DNA of 40,603 bases from Dehalococcoidia bacterium (GTDB lineage: Bacteria > Chloroflexota > Dehalococcoidia > E44-bin15): NCBI GenBank assembly GCA_014859165.1, contig JACUUT010000002.1:1-40603 (forward strand). The letters run 5' to 3'. Below, piece by piece: positions 31,445 through 39,824 of the stretch. The notes beneath the pieces were generated by a model, which was not told the DNA's origin, ran no database searches, and saw nothing but the letters and a program-made list of their open reading frames with translations. Numbering within the stretch: position 1 is the first letter of the stretch; each line of letters starts with the position of its first letter. A program made the translations under genes and the position numbers.

Positions 31445-32242
31445 TTATCGCTCGGTGAAATTTGGCTTCCTCTTCTCGATGAAGGCCCTCATCCCCTCTG
31501 TGAGGTCCGGCGATAGAAACAAGCGCTCCACAAGCTCTGGTTCGCAGATATACAAGTCGCCGAAGTTTGGTGCTGCGGCTGCATTGACAAGCTTCTTGGT
31601 CATCCTGATAGCCAGGGGAGCCCTGCTGGCAATTTTGTCAATCAGCTCATGGGCAGCCTCCATTAGCCGCTCCCGGGGGACAACCTTATTTACCAACCCT
31701 ATTGCCAGGGCTTCCTCAGCGCCTATGACATCACAGGTCAAAATCATTTCCTTGGCTTTGGCCGGCCCGATGAGCCGGGTCAGGCGCGGGGTGCATCCCC
31801 AGGTGAAGAACAACCCCACATTGGTTTCTGGGATTCCAAAGCTGGCGTTCTCGGAGGCTATTCTGAAATCGCACCCCATAGCCAGGACAAGCCCGGCACC
31901 TAGAGCAAAACCATTAACGGCGGCAATGGTAATTTGCTCCAAGCTTTCCAGGGAGCGGATGAAATCCTGACCCCCTAGCTGTCCCAGCCTCGCCCTGGCA
32001 TGAGGGGGAACGGGTCCCTCCGTTGGAACAACTAAGTCTCTCAGGTCGGCTCCCGACGTGAAGGCTCTCCCTGCGCCAGTAAATATTACGAACCTGGTTT
32101 CAAGGTCCGTCCTCAGCTCAGTAAAAAGCTGGTCAAACTCCGCCAGCATCTGACCATTCATGGCATTGAGTTTGGCCGGCCGATTTAGGGTCACTGTGGT
32201 TGTAGCTCCCAACTTTTCCACAAGCAAGGTTTCATATGCCAT
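31445..32242 (-). CDS. enoyl-CoA hydratase/isomerase (crotonase) family protein
   Basis: 265 aa with FTSGADL...GFALGAGLVLAMGCDFRIA...FGIPETNVGL crotonase motifs. Confidence 0.88.
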   Translation of the reverse strand: MAYETLLVEKLGATTTVTLNRPAKLNAMNGQMLAEFDQLFTELRTDLETRFVIFTGAGRAFTSGADLRDLVVPTEGPVPPHARARLGQLGGQDFIRSLESLEQITIAAVNGFALGAGLVLAMGCDFRIASENASFGIPETNVGLFFTWGCTPRLTRLIGPAKAKEMILTCDVIGAEEALAIGLVNKVVPRERLMEAAHELIDKIASRAPLAIRMTKKLVNAAAAPNFGDLYICEPELVERLFLSPDLTEGMRAFIEKRKPNFTER

Positions 32243-32262
32243 CTTATCCTCCTTTGTGCAAA

Positions 32263-32940
32263 TTAGAGCACAGACCTGCGATATTTACAACCCCCCATAT
32301 TGCAGTGGCGGCAGGGATTGATTTTCTGTTCGCTGTCCAAAGCGGCACCCAGGCCAACACAAAAGGAGACAGACTTCCTGGGGATCATCATGCAATTCTC
32401 ATTGAGGCGAACCCCCACCTTTTCACCGGGAAGGAGGGCAAAGAGCACTTTCTGATCCCTCAAGTCCCATTTCCCGTATCCAGGACTCAACCGAGCGCCG
32501 ACCCCAAGGCTCAGACCCTTTGCCCTTTGGCATATAAAATGATTAACGTAGTCGGCCACACTATCAGCCGCCGCTGAGCCCACGCTGTCTAACATCAACG
32601 CAGCGGGGTATTCCCCCTGGACGAAGAGTTCAGCGACCCTGTCTTCTAATGGTGAACCGATGGTGCATATTGCCACCCCTAAATACTCCGAACCTCTCCA
32701 GTCTTTTAGGGCATGTCCTGCCCCCAACATCAAACCATTGTCTAATATTATCGATCTTCCCACCACCTCTTTGACCCTCACCTGGGTGTAGAGCGCTTTA
32801 GGTTCGCTCAGGCTGTAACCATCCTCAATCTCCGTGCACAACAACTCCTCGACCGCAGGGGTTGGCTTACCCCTGTAGTGTTGTAACCTGAGGACCTCCT
32901 TTCCCTTTATCCTTACTTTTATCTCTTTTATGGTCTCCAT
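32263..32940 (-). CDS. methionine-synthase activation-domain-like protein (candidate corrinoid reactivation factor)
   Basis: 225 aa. LSPGYGKWDLRDQKVLFALLP...LNENCMMIPRKSVSF matches the MetH reactivation-domain pattern. C-terminal CRHCNMGGC. Confidence 0.7.
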   Translation of the reverse strand: METIKEIKVRIKGKEVLRLQHYRGKPTPAVEELLCTEIEDGYSLSEPKALYTQVRVKEVVGRSIILDNGLMLGAGHALKDWRGSEYLGVAICTIGSPLEDRVAELFVQGEYPAALMLDSVGSAAADSVADYVNHFICQRAKGLSLGVGARLSPGYGKWDLRDQKVLFALLPGEKVGVRLNENCMMIPRKSVSFCVGLGAALDSEQKINPCRHCNMGGCKYRRSVL

Positions 32941-32958
32941 AGGACCCTCCCCCGGAGC

Positions 32959-34851
32959 TTAGCATTTAAGGGGGAACCCCTCCAGCCCTAGCTCCTTTAG
33001 CTTCTCATCAGTGGGAAAACTTGTCTCCCTGTCCCAACCGCTCTCATCATAGTAATCATCTAAAGCCCTCTCGGTATCTTCCCTGGTGATTATGGCGTGC
33101 CCGAAGTAGTCCCTCATACGCCACTCCTTACCGTGCATTTTGAGCGGCTCAAACCAAGCCTCTGGAGCTCGATCATCCTTGCGGCTGAATCCCGCCCTGA
33201 CATTCAACAACTTATACATATTCCAGGCACGCTCTCCCGCTTTCAAGAGATCGGCTGGGGTTACCTCCACCCCGGTAATTGCTGAGTAGAACTCGATGAA
33301 GCTTTCCATGCCGTGGAAGCGGTGAATATAGAGTCGATGACACTGACCAACGCAATTGAAGAGGGAGTACCAGTCCAGAGCATGCTTGGTAAGCCTTCCC
33401 ACATTGTAGGAGTCGGGACCGAAGATACGCTCTATTGCCTCCTCAGACATACCTATCCTGCGAGCATGCATGATATGCATATCGATAGGGCGCCCTGGTA
33501 TGTAGATGCCAATGCCGCCGGGAGCATAGTGAGGGCGCCCCGGGTGCACCATCTGGCAAAAAGCCATGGAGTGGAAGCCATCTATCCTGGGCTCGATGAA
33601 CTGGGCACAGCCTTTGATATGAAGCAGATGCTTCTCCGCCCCGCTGCCGATCCTCTGGGCTACCCTGAGGCCACCTTCAGCCAGGAGGTCCCCGAAGCCC
33701 TCCCTATGGGAGATCATATGAATCAGCCTGAGGCTGGTATCATAGTCCGGCTCCGTCTCAAATCCGAAGCCGTCGGTGTCCTCCTTGGTAATGATCCCCT
33801 GATTATAGAGGGAAACCATCATATCCATTAGATTGCCGTAGTTACACTTGCAGACTCCGTCCCTATTAAACTTGTCCCGCCGGTAGACCGCCCTATTATG
33901 GCTATCCAGATAGGTGTTGCCACTGGATTCCCATTCTGCCATGAAATCCGTCATATACCCCACCATAGGGGCATATTCGCCTTCGGTAAGGCGAACCAGC
34001 TCCTTATCGCCCATAGGGCAGCTTGGGCAGGCGAGCGTCTTCCTGCTCTTTTTGTGTATCTCATCCCAAGCATCAACATCCACTTCCGCCAGGGCCCCCA
34101 GCCACCCTGTGGTCATAGAATAGGTGCCCCCTTCAATCAAGGTGGGACGCATGCGGTAGCTCATGACCCGCTCCATCATCCTGTCCACCGCCCTTTGCAA
34201 CCTGAGGGGGTGAGCAACCCTTATCTCCCTATCCCCCTGGCACGCCACAATGGCCTTGAGGTTCTTCGAACCCATAACCGCCGGCAGGCCTCCGTAGCCC
34301 ACCGTGCCCCCCTTATCTATGAAGGTTACCGAGATCCTGACCAGATTCTCCCCCGCTAGGCCTATAGGGATCACACTGCATGGCCCATGCCTTCCCCTGA
34401 GCTCATCGACGGTATCCCAGCCATCTAGACCCCAGAGGTCCCTGGCATCACATAGCTCCACATCGTCGTTTAGTATCTTAAGGTATACCGGCCTTGGGGC
34501 TCGGCCGCTGATGACGATATGGTCATATCCTGAAGATTTGAGCATGAGAGGGAAGTGCCCTCCGCCGCAGCTGGTGGCGATCCCCTCGCTAAGGGGGAGC
34601 TTGAAGGTGATGGATAGCTCAGAGGAACCAGGAACGATAGTGCCTGAAAAGGGGCCGGCCCCGAAGATGATGGCGTTCTCGGGGGCCAGGGGATCTACAT
34701 TTGGCGGGATAAGGTCATAGGCCAGCCGCTGATTGATCCCCGCACCTCCAATGAAGGTGCTCACCAGCTCGGGATCGAGGGCCTCCCTTTCTATCCTGCC
34801 TCTGCTGAGATCCACATAGAGGATTCTTCCCGCATACCCTAGCATCCTCAC
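32959..34851 (-). CDS. aldehyde:ferredoxin oxidoreductase family protein (paralog 2)
   Basis: 630 aa, collinear with paralog 1 and highly similar over the N-terminal 220 aa by eye. GTG start directly after the upstream stop. Confidence 0.9.
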   Translation of the reverse strand: MRMLGYAGRILYVDLSRGRIEREALDPELVSTFIGGAGINQRLAYDLIPPNVDPLAPENAIIFGAGPFSGTIVPGSSELSITFKLPLSEGIATSCGGGHFPLMLKSSGYDHIVISGRAPRPVYLKILNDDVELCDARDLWGLDGWDTVDELRGRHGPCSVIPIGLAGENLVRISVTFIDKGGTVGYGGLPAVMGSKNLKAIVACQGDREIRVAHPLRLQRAVDRMMERVMSYRMRPTLIEGGTYSMTTGWLGALAEVDVDAWDEIHKKSRKTLACPSCPMGDKELVRLTEGEYAPMVGYMTDFMAEWESSGNTYLDSHNRAVYRRDKFNRDGVCKCNYGNLMDMMVSLYNQGIITKEDTDGFGFETEPDYDTSLRLIHMISHREGFGDLLAEGGLRVAQRIGSGAEKHLLHIKGCAQFIEPRIDGFHSMAFCQMVHPGRPHYAPGGIGIYIPGRPIDMHIMHARRIGMSEEAIERIFGPDSYNVGRLTKHALDWYSLFNCVGQCHRLYIHRFHGMESFIEFYSAITGVEVTPADLLKAGERAWNMYKLLNVRAGFSRKDDRAPEAWFEPLKMHGKEWRMRDYFGHAIITREDTERALDDYYDESGWDRETSFPTDEKLKELGLEGFPLKC

Positions 34852-34852
34852 C

Positions 34853-36511
34853 TCAGGCTACCTCCTTCCTTTCCCGGCTCAAGGTGCCATAGGGGCAATA
34901 CCGGGCACAGATGCCACAATTGTCGCATTCATCGGTGAAAGAGACCATGTATTCAGTATCCGCCTTAACCAGCCTGCGGATTTTGATTCGAGCCTTTGAG
35001 GGGTTAAAGGCCCCCTCCAGCCTGAGGGAGCAGCGTAGTTCGCAGATCAAACATCCGCAGCATTTGGCCGGGTCAGCTATAATTGGTAGGTCACACCTTA
35101 AGCAGCGTTTTGCCTGCTCCACAGCTAGCTCCTCGCTGAGGGAGAGCTCTACCTCGGCAAAGCCAGCCAGTCGCTCAGCGATGGGTAATGAGGGGATCAT
35201 GGCCCGCTCGCCAACGGGCACCCAGGGCTCGAGGGGCGCTATCTCATCATGCGGCACTAGCTTCTCGTCGATCACCCCACTGCCACCGAGGTATCTGTCT
35301 ATCGAGATCGCCGCTCGCCTGCCTGCAGCAATGGCCTCGATCACCGAAGCCGGCCCGCTCGTCGCATCGCCGCCGGCAAAAACCCCTTCTCTACTTGTGG
35401 TCAAGGTATCGGGATCGGCCTCTAAGGTGCCCCTCTCACTAATAGCCAGCCCAAACTGGGCTGGGATATCAGGCACCTGGCCGATGGCCGAGATCGCCAT
35501 ATCAAAGCTCATGCTGAATTCGCTGCCCGCGATCGGCTCGGGTCGCGGCCGGCCGCTTTCATCCAGCCCTCCAAGCTTCATGCGGATGCACTCCATCTTG
35601 ACCGCACCGTTATCTCTGGTTATCCCTGTCGGCGCGGCGAGAAACTGAATCGTCACTCCCTCCTTAAGCGCCTCCTCTATCTCGGCTGGATTGGCAGGCA
35701 TCTCCGCCTGGGTGCGACGATAGATAATGGTCACCTCTTTGGCGTCCAGGCGGAGGGCGACACGCGCTGCATCTATGGCCGAATTTCCCCCACCAACCAC
35801 CGCAACCCTGTTCCCCAAGCTGACCTTTTGGCCCTGATTTACCTGCCTAAGCAGGGACAGGGACTCCACCACCCCCGGGCCATCCTCGCCCTCAACGCCC
35901 ATCTTCATCGGCTTATGGGCACCAACGGCCACAAATACCGCATCATGGCCCTGCCCAAAGAGCCCATCCGGTGAGTCGATTCTAGTGTTTGTCTTGATAT
36001 CAACCCCAATCCCTCTGATGGCGTCGATCTCGGCGTCGAGCACACCCCTGGGGAGCCGGTACTCAGGGATGCCTACACGCATCATTCCCCCGGGCTGGGG
36101 CAACGCTTCGAAAACAGTGACTCCATGGCCAAGCTTCGCCAGGTAGTAGGCCGCGGTGAGTCCTCCAGGCCCCGACCCGATAATGGCAACCCGCCTGCCG
36201 GTGGGCTTGCCAATTTTTGAAGCCTGCCTCCAGAGCCCTGTATCCCTTTCGGCCACGAATCGCTTGAGGGCCCTTATCATCATCGCCTCATCCACCTCAC
36301 TCAGCTGGCACTTGGCCTCACAAGGGCTGGGGCAGACGCGACCGCAGACTGAGGGGAAGGGGATCTTCTCGCGGATCACCGCTAGAGCTTCGCCGAACTT
36401 GCCATCGGCGATCAAACGATTGCAGCGCGGTATATCGACCCCAGCAGGGCACACCTTTACACAGGGTGCCTCAACCCCCTCCCTATACACCATGGAAGAA
36501 GCCTGCTTCAC
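34853..36511 (-). CDS. GltD-like NAD(P)H:FAD oxidoreductase fused to a 2x[4Fe-4S] ferredoxin domain
   Basis: 552 aa. N-terminal Cys clusters (GRVCPSPCEAKC), GSGPGGLTAA and VVGGGNSAID dinucleotide folds. The C-terminus has CCGCLICELRC and CDNCGICARYCP. GTG start with AAGGAG SD. Confidence 0.85.
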   Translation of the reverse strand: MKQASSMVYREGVEAPCVKVCPAGVDIPRCNRLIADGKFGEALAVIREKIPFPSVCGRVCPSPCEAKCQLSEVDEAMMIRALKRFVAERDTGLWRQASKIGKPTGRRVAIIGSGPGGLTAAYYLAKLGHGVTVFEALPQPGGMMRVGIPEYRLPRGVLDAEIDAIRGIGVDIKTNTRIDSPDGLFGQGHDAVFVAVGAHKPMKMGVEGEDGPGVVESLSLLRQVNQGQKVSLGNRVAVVGGGNSAIDAARVALRLDAKEVTIIYRRTQAEMPANPAEIEEALKEGVTIQFLAAPTGITRDNGAVKMECIRMKLGGLDESGRPRPEPIAGSEFSMSFDMAISAIGQVPDIPAQFGLAISERGTLEADPDTLTTSREGVFAGGDATSGPASVIEAIAAGRRAAISIDRYLGGSGVIDEKLVPHDEIAPLEPWVPVGERAMIPSLPIAERLAGFAEVELSLSEELAVEQAKRCLRCDLPIIADPAKCCGCLICELRCSLRLEGAFNPSKARIKIRRLVKADTEYMVSFTDECDNCGICARYCPYGTLSRERKEVA

Positions 36512-36566
36512 GCCATCTCCTTAGGCAAAAGTCGCATCCCAAAGTCGGTGGAAACACCTCGACCGT

Positions 36567-36595
36567 ATCTTACCCCTTGATGCGTAGCTGGTCAA
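36567..36595 (-). promoter_or_regulatory. candidate internal promoter
   Basis: Minus strand TTGACC (36595-36590), 17-nt spacer, TAAGAT (36572-36567), in the 185-nt gap upstream of the GltD-like gene. Confidence 0.35.
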
Positions 36596-36696
36596 TGCCC
36601 TTTCAACCCCCTTAAACTTGTTTTAGGGTTTGATGGTTATTCGGTTGATAGTTCCCCACCCCAACCTCTTAACCAACGAACTATCAACCATCATCC

Positions 36697-37491
36697 TCAG
36701 ACAATACGGCCATTTTGGTAGGCGTCAATAAAGTTTTCACAGTATTCATCCCGGCCGAGAAGCATCTCAACCGCAAGGAGGGTTGCCATGAGCTGCTTGT
36801 CGGTCGGATCTAAAATGGCGGCAGACAGACCATATGACATACAAAGAGCCAGAAAGTTGCGGTTGATCAGGCGGCGTTCTGGAAGACCGAAGGAGATGTT
36901 GGAGAGGCCACAGATGGTATTCACACCCGGAAAATCGTTCATGATTCTACTTATGGCTCCGAGAGTGGCGATTCCCATGCCAGTGTCCACAGAAACAGGC
37001 TGCACCAGCGTGTCCACATAAATCTTCTCAAGAGGAATCCCTTCAGCTGCGAGCTTCTTGATAAGTTCCGAACCGACCTGGACTCTCTCTTCCACGGTGG
37101 TGGGCATCGACGTTTGAGCCATGCAGAGGGCGACCACATGACAGGGCTGGGACGTGATTACAGGAATAAGGGATTGAAAGCGGTCTTCTTCCAGTGAAAT
37201 GGAATTGATCATCGGTTCGCCTTTGTGGTGTTTGATCGCTTCGGACAAGGCCTTGGGATTGGGGCTGTCCAGGCACAAGGGCAGATCCACTTCGCTTTGT
37301 ACCGTCTCGACCAGCCAGCAGAGGCAATCAGCCTCTTGTTCCAGGAAAGTTCCGGCGTTGACGTCAATGTAATGGGCCCCAGCTTCGGCTTGCTCCCGGG
37401 CCACTTTGTTGATAAACGCGGCATCCCGTTTCACAACAGCTTCTTCGACGCTCTTCCGACTCGTGTTGATCTTCTCTCCTACAATGATCAT
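36697..37491 (-). CDS. methyltetrahydrofolate:corrinoid methyltransferase (pterin-binding, MT-II)
   Basis: 264 aa. IIVGEKINTSRK...GAHYIDVNAG...NISFGLP is the pterin-binding (AcsE/MetH/MtrH-like) barrel pattern. Confidence 0.85.
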   Translation of the reverse strand: MIIVGEKINTSRKSVEEAVVKRDAAFINKVAREQAEAGAHYIDVNAGTFLEQEADCLCWLVETVQSEVDLPLCLDSPNPKALSEAIKHHKGEPMINSISLEEDRFQSLIPVITSQPCHVVALCMAQTSMPTTVEERVQVGSELIKKLAAEGIPLEKIYVDTLVQPVSVDTGMGIATLGAISRIMNDFPGVNTICGLSNISFGLPERRLINRNFLALCMSYGLSAAILDPTDKQLMATLLAVEMLLGRDEYCENFIDAYQNGRIV

Positions 37492-37624
37492 CGTTGATCC
37501 TATATTTGAATCTTCAAACCTAAAACCGGCATCCTGAATACCCAGCTTTCACCCAAATTAACGTCAACATAGGTAGAGGTTCTTTCATATACTGCTACTA
37601 ACATAACACAAGTCGCAACCTATA

Positions 37625-37830
37625 GCAAATCCACAGGTCTCCTCCACAGGGTTACCGTAAGGAGTAGGGATGCGGCCTTGGGGGTTGGGTGCCTCCCCCC
37701 GGGCGGGTACCCCGGCGACCCCTTCCCACTCTGGAAAGGTGGGAAACGAAGAGAATACGAGTGTCGTCAGGCCAAGCCATCTCGCGGAAGGGTTTCCAAG
37801 GGATAAAGGAGGACGTAGCCCGCAATTTGA
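37625..37830 (-). ncRNA. candidate cobalamin riboswitch (tentative)
   Basis: On the minus strand, in order: GGAAACCC..GCGAGAUGG..CCUGACGACACUCG (37797-37760), CCCAC..GUGGGAAGG (about 37745-37721) and GGAGGAGACCUGUGG (37645-37631, B12-box-like). It lies upstream of a corrinoid-dependent operon. I could not build a full fold by hand. Confidence 0.35.
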
Positions 37831-37973
37831 TAGATGCACTCCACGCCAGTTCCTAGTGCTCCTATACCGCAGCGTGCAGGTCACATACAAGTTGAACATT
37901 TCATCGTAATGTGTCCTTTATCACCTTTGTTCGGGGTAATCATCATAGAGGATGCAATAAAATTTCCATGCCA

Positions 37974-39321
37974 TCAATGACCATGATTACGGCTGCTATG
38001 AGGAGAAAGGCTGAAGGCTAGGCTAAAAGTTCTGCGTATTGTACACGGTGGCCCACCAAAGGTGACTTTTGCAAAACCGTCCTGCTCCCTCACTTTGTTT
38101 ACTCGGGCAAGATTCAACCGGCAACATATCTTCCTCGTCTTCAAGTCCTCGGACGGCAGGACCTTGAGTCCCAGCTTAGCAATTAGTTCTGCCTTCTCCT
38201 CAAACGCCGCTTCTCGCAGATTACGATCACGAAGAATCCTCAACTGCTCTCGCAGCTCGGCCTCAATGGTGCTAAGATCCTTGTTCGTCATCTGGTCTTG
38301 AAGCCCTTTGATCTCTGCCTCCGCCTTAGCAATGGTCCCCTGGTGCTCAGCAATCCTGGTTCTGACATCATCTGGGTTGTAGAAACCCTTCTCCCATCCC
38401 TCATGCACCTTGCCGATGCGGATTCTTGCCTGACTAATCTTCACCTGCTCCAACCTTATCAGTTGCTCAATATCCTCAGCCTTGGAGGAGTCCGCTGTTA
38501 ATTGCTGTTCCAGCCAGGCATCGCTACTCAGCATAGTGCAAATTTCCTCCCAGATCTCGTCATCCCAGGTTCCTGGAACAAACCGATTGTAGGTGCAAGG
38601 GTCTTGCAGCCAGAGGCAGTAGTGTGCCCGACAGTAGTAATAAACTTGGTCACTACCCCTCTTCTGCAGCACGGACATCGGCTTTCGGCATCGCGGGCAG
38701 AGCATCCGGCCTCGGAACAACGCGGGTATTCTTTTGCCCTGCTTACCCCGGCCGCGACCTCTTTCCCTGAGATTGTTATTGGCCCTTAGCCACCGCTCCT
38801 CAGTAGTAAGAGTTGGCACCTCGAATGTCACCTTCTCGCCACCGGGCTTTGGCCGCACGAGGGTCCTTTTTATGCCCAGAGTCAAGTCACCCAGGAGCCT
38901 GTCAGGGTTCGGAACGCGACCATTGGCGTTGTATTCACCCTGCCCCGTATAGCATTTGTGACTAGCAATAAGGAATAATGACTCCAGCTATACGTCTACC
39001 AGCTATCAGCTCTTTACACAGACGGGTAATGCCAGGGCGATTTAAGTCCTCGCTTGACTCAGCATCATATATCACGTATTCCCGGGGAATAATCGCGCCA
39101 TTTGGCCTGGTCAGTTTCGCACATGAAAGCAGATACTCCCCTAGTCGGTCATTCTCCGCCTGCTCCCGCGTGGATTGTCTTGTGTATGCGGCCCACCAAT
39201 GCTTCAGGTTTAAGTCGCACCCTCTCACGCCGAACCCCTGCTCGCAGCCAGCTGCTTTCGCTGCCTCTACAACATAACGGTCCAGACGTTCCTTACTCAT
39301 GGCTTCTATCGTCTGAGTCAT
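37974..39321 (-). pseudogene. large serine recombinase, frameshifted and internally deleted
   Basis: N fragment 38962-39321 (AAYTRQSTREQ catalytic Ser region...VIIPYC*). C fragment 37974-38885 (CPRCRKPM...YYYCRAHYC zinc ribbon plus coiled coil). The C frame is open from about 38965 in the +1 frame. Only about 75 aa separate the resolvase core from the zinc ribbon, against about 210 aa in the intact LSR. Confidence 0.7.
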
Positions 39322-39324
39322 GTT

Positions 39325-39591
39325 TCACCTCCTGAATAGCCAATTTAGTATAGTACCATCATTTTCTTTAGGGACGGGCGATTGTGAAAATTCCCATCTG
39401 GTAACTGCCTCATTAGTCTCTGTCCCAGCGTCTTGTATCGAATGTGCCCACAGCTGACGCATCCTAAACGCAACCTCAAGCACCCGCCCTTTAGAGGCAT
39501 CACTAGTGTCACCAAAATATTCGAGTGCAAGTTCGTTGACCTTGTCACTTAGGTCACTATCAACCTCGACTTCTAGGTCTACGTTTTCCAC
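39325..39591 (-). CDS. hypothetical small protein, possibly RHH-like
   Basis: 88 aa. GTG start 7 nt after GGAGG. The N-terminus LEVEVDSDLSDKVNELALEYFG has a strand-helix pattern. Confidence 0.45.
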   Translation of the reverse strand: MENVDLEVEVDSDLSDKVNELALEYFGDTSDASKGRVLEVAFRMRQLWAHSIQDAGTETNEAVTRWEFSQSPVPKENDGTILNWLFRR

Positions 39592-39733
39592 TACAATACC
39601 TCCAAAAGCGCCTCAGACTATCCCGAACCAATCGACTTACAGCTGTCATACCCTGCCCAGACCAGAGCCGGTCAGCCTCTGCTGAAATCTGCTGCTTCAA
39701 TCCGTCATTGATGTTGAACTTTAACCTTACCAT
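39560..39733 (-). CDS. ribbon-helix-helix (CopG/Arc-like) protein, 57 aa
   Basis: Not in the ORF track. My translation is MVRLKFNINDGLKQQISAEADRLWSGQGMTAVSRLVRDSLRRFW..., a beta-strand followed by two helices. Weak SD. Overlaps the next ORF by 32 nt. Confidence 0.45.
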   Translation of the reverse strand: MVRLKFNINDGLKQQISAEADRLWSGQGMTAVSRLVRDSLRRFWRYCSGKRRPRSRG

Positions 39734-39824
39734 AGCTTCACTTTGCCAAGGGGCAACGAATTCGCGACCAAGTCTGAACCGACATAACGCATTTCCAGAT
39801 ATTGCTTTACTATATAGACCACCG

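Noticed and set aside
30954-31970. 338-aa plus-strand ORF
   Set aside because: It is antisense to the corrinoid protein and crotonase genes and is Ser/Pro/Ala-rich low complexity, typical of antisense frames in GC-rich coding DNA.
36632-36693. Long imperfect hairpin (GGTTGATAGTTC 36643-36654 pairing with GAACTATCAACC 36678-36689) just after the MT-II stop
   Set aside because: It was considered as an intrinsic terminator, but no U-tract follows on the transcribed strand and the loop is 23 nt. It is not called, and its function is unknown.
37585-37909. 104-aa (minus) and 79-aa (plus) ORFs in the operon leader
   Set aside because: They are mutually overlapping and Gly/Pro/Arg-rich, with no SD. 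The region is better explained as structured RNA.
37600-38060. Possible tmRNA (ssrA) as an LSR target, suggested by GGCCCACCA at 38051-38058
   Set aside because: There is no T-arm (GGTTCGAnTCC) upstream of the ACCA, no tRNA-like 5' end and no plausible tag reading frame.
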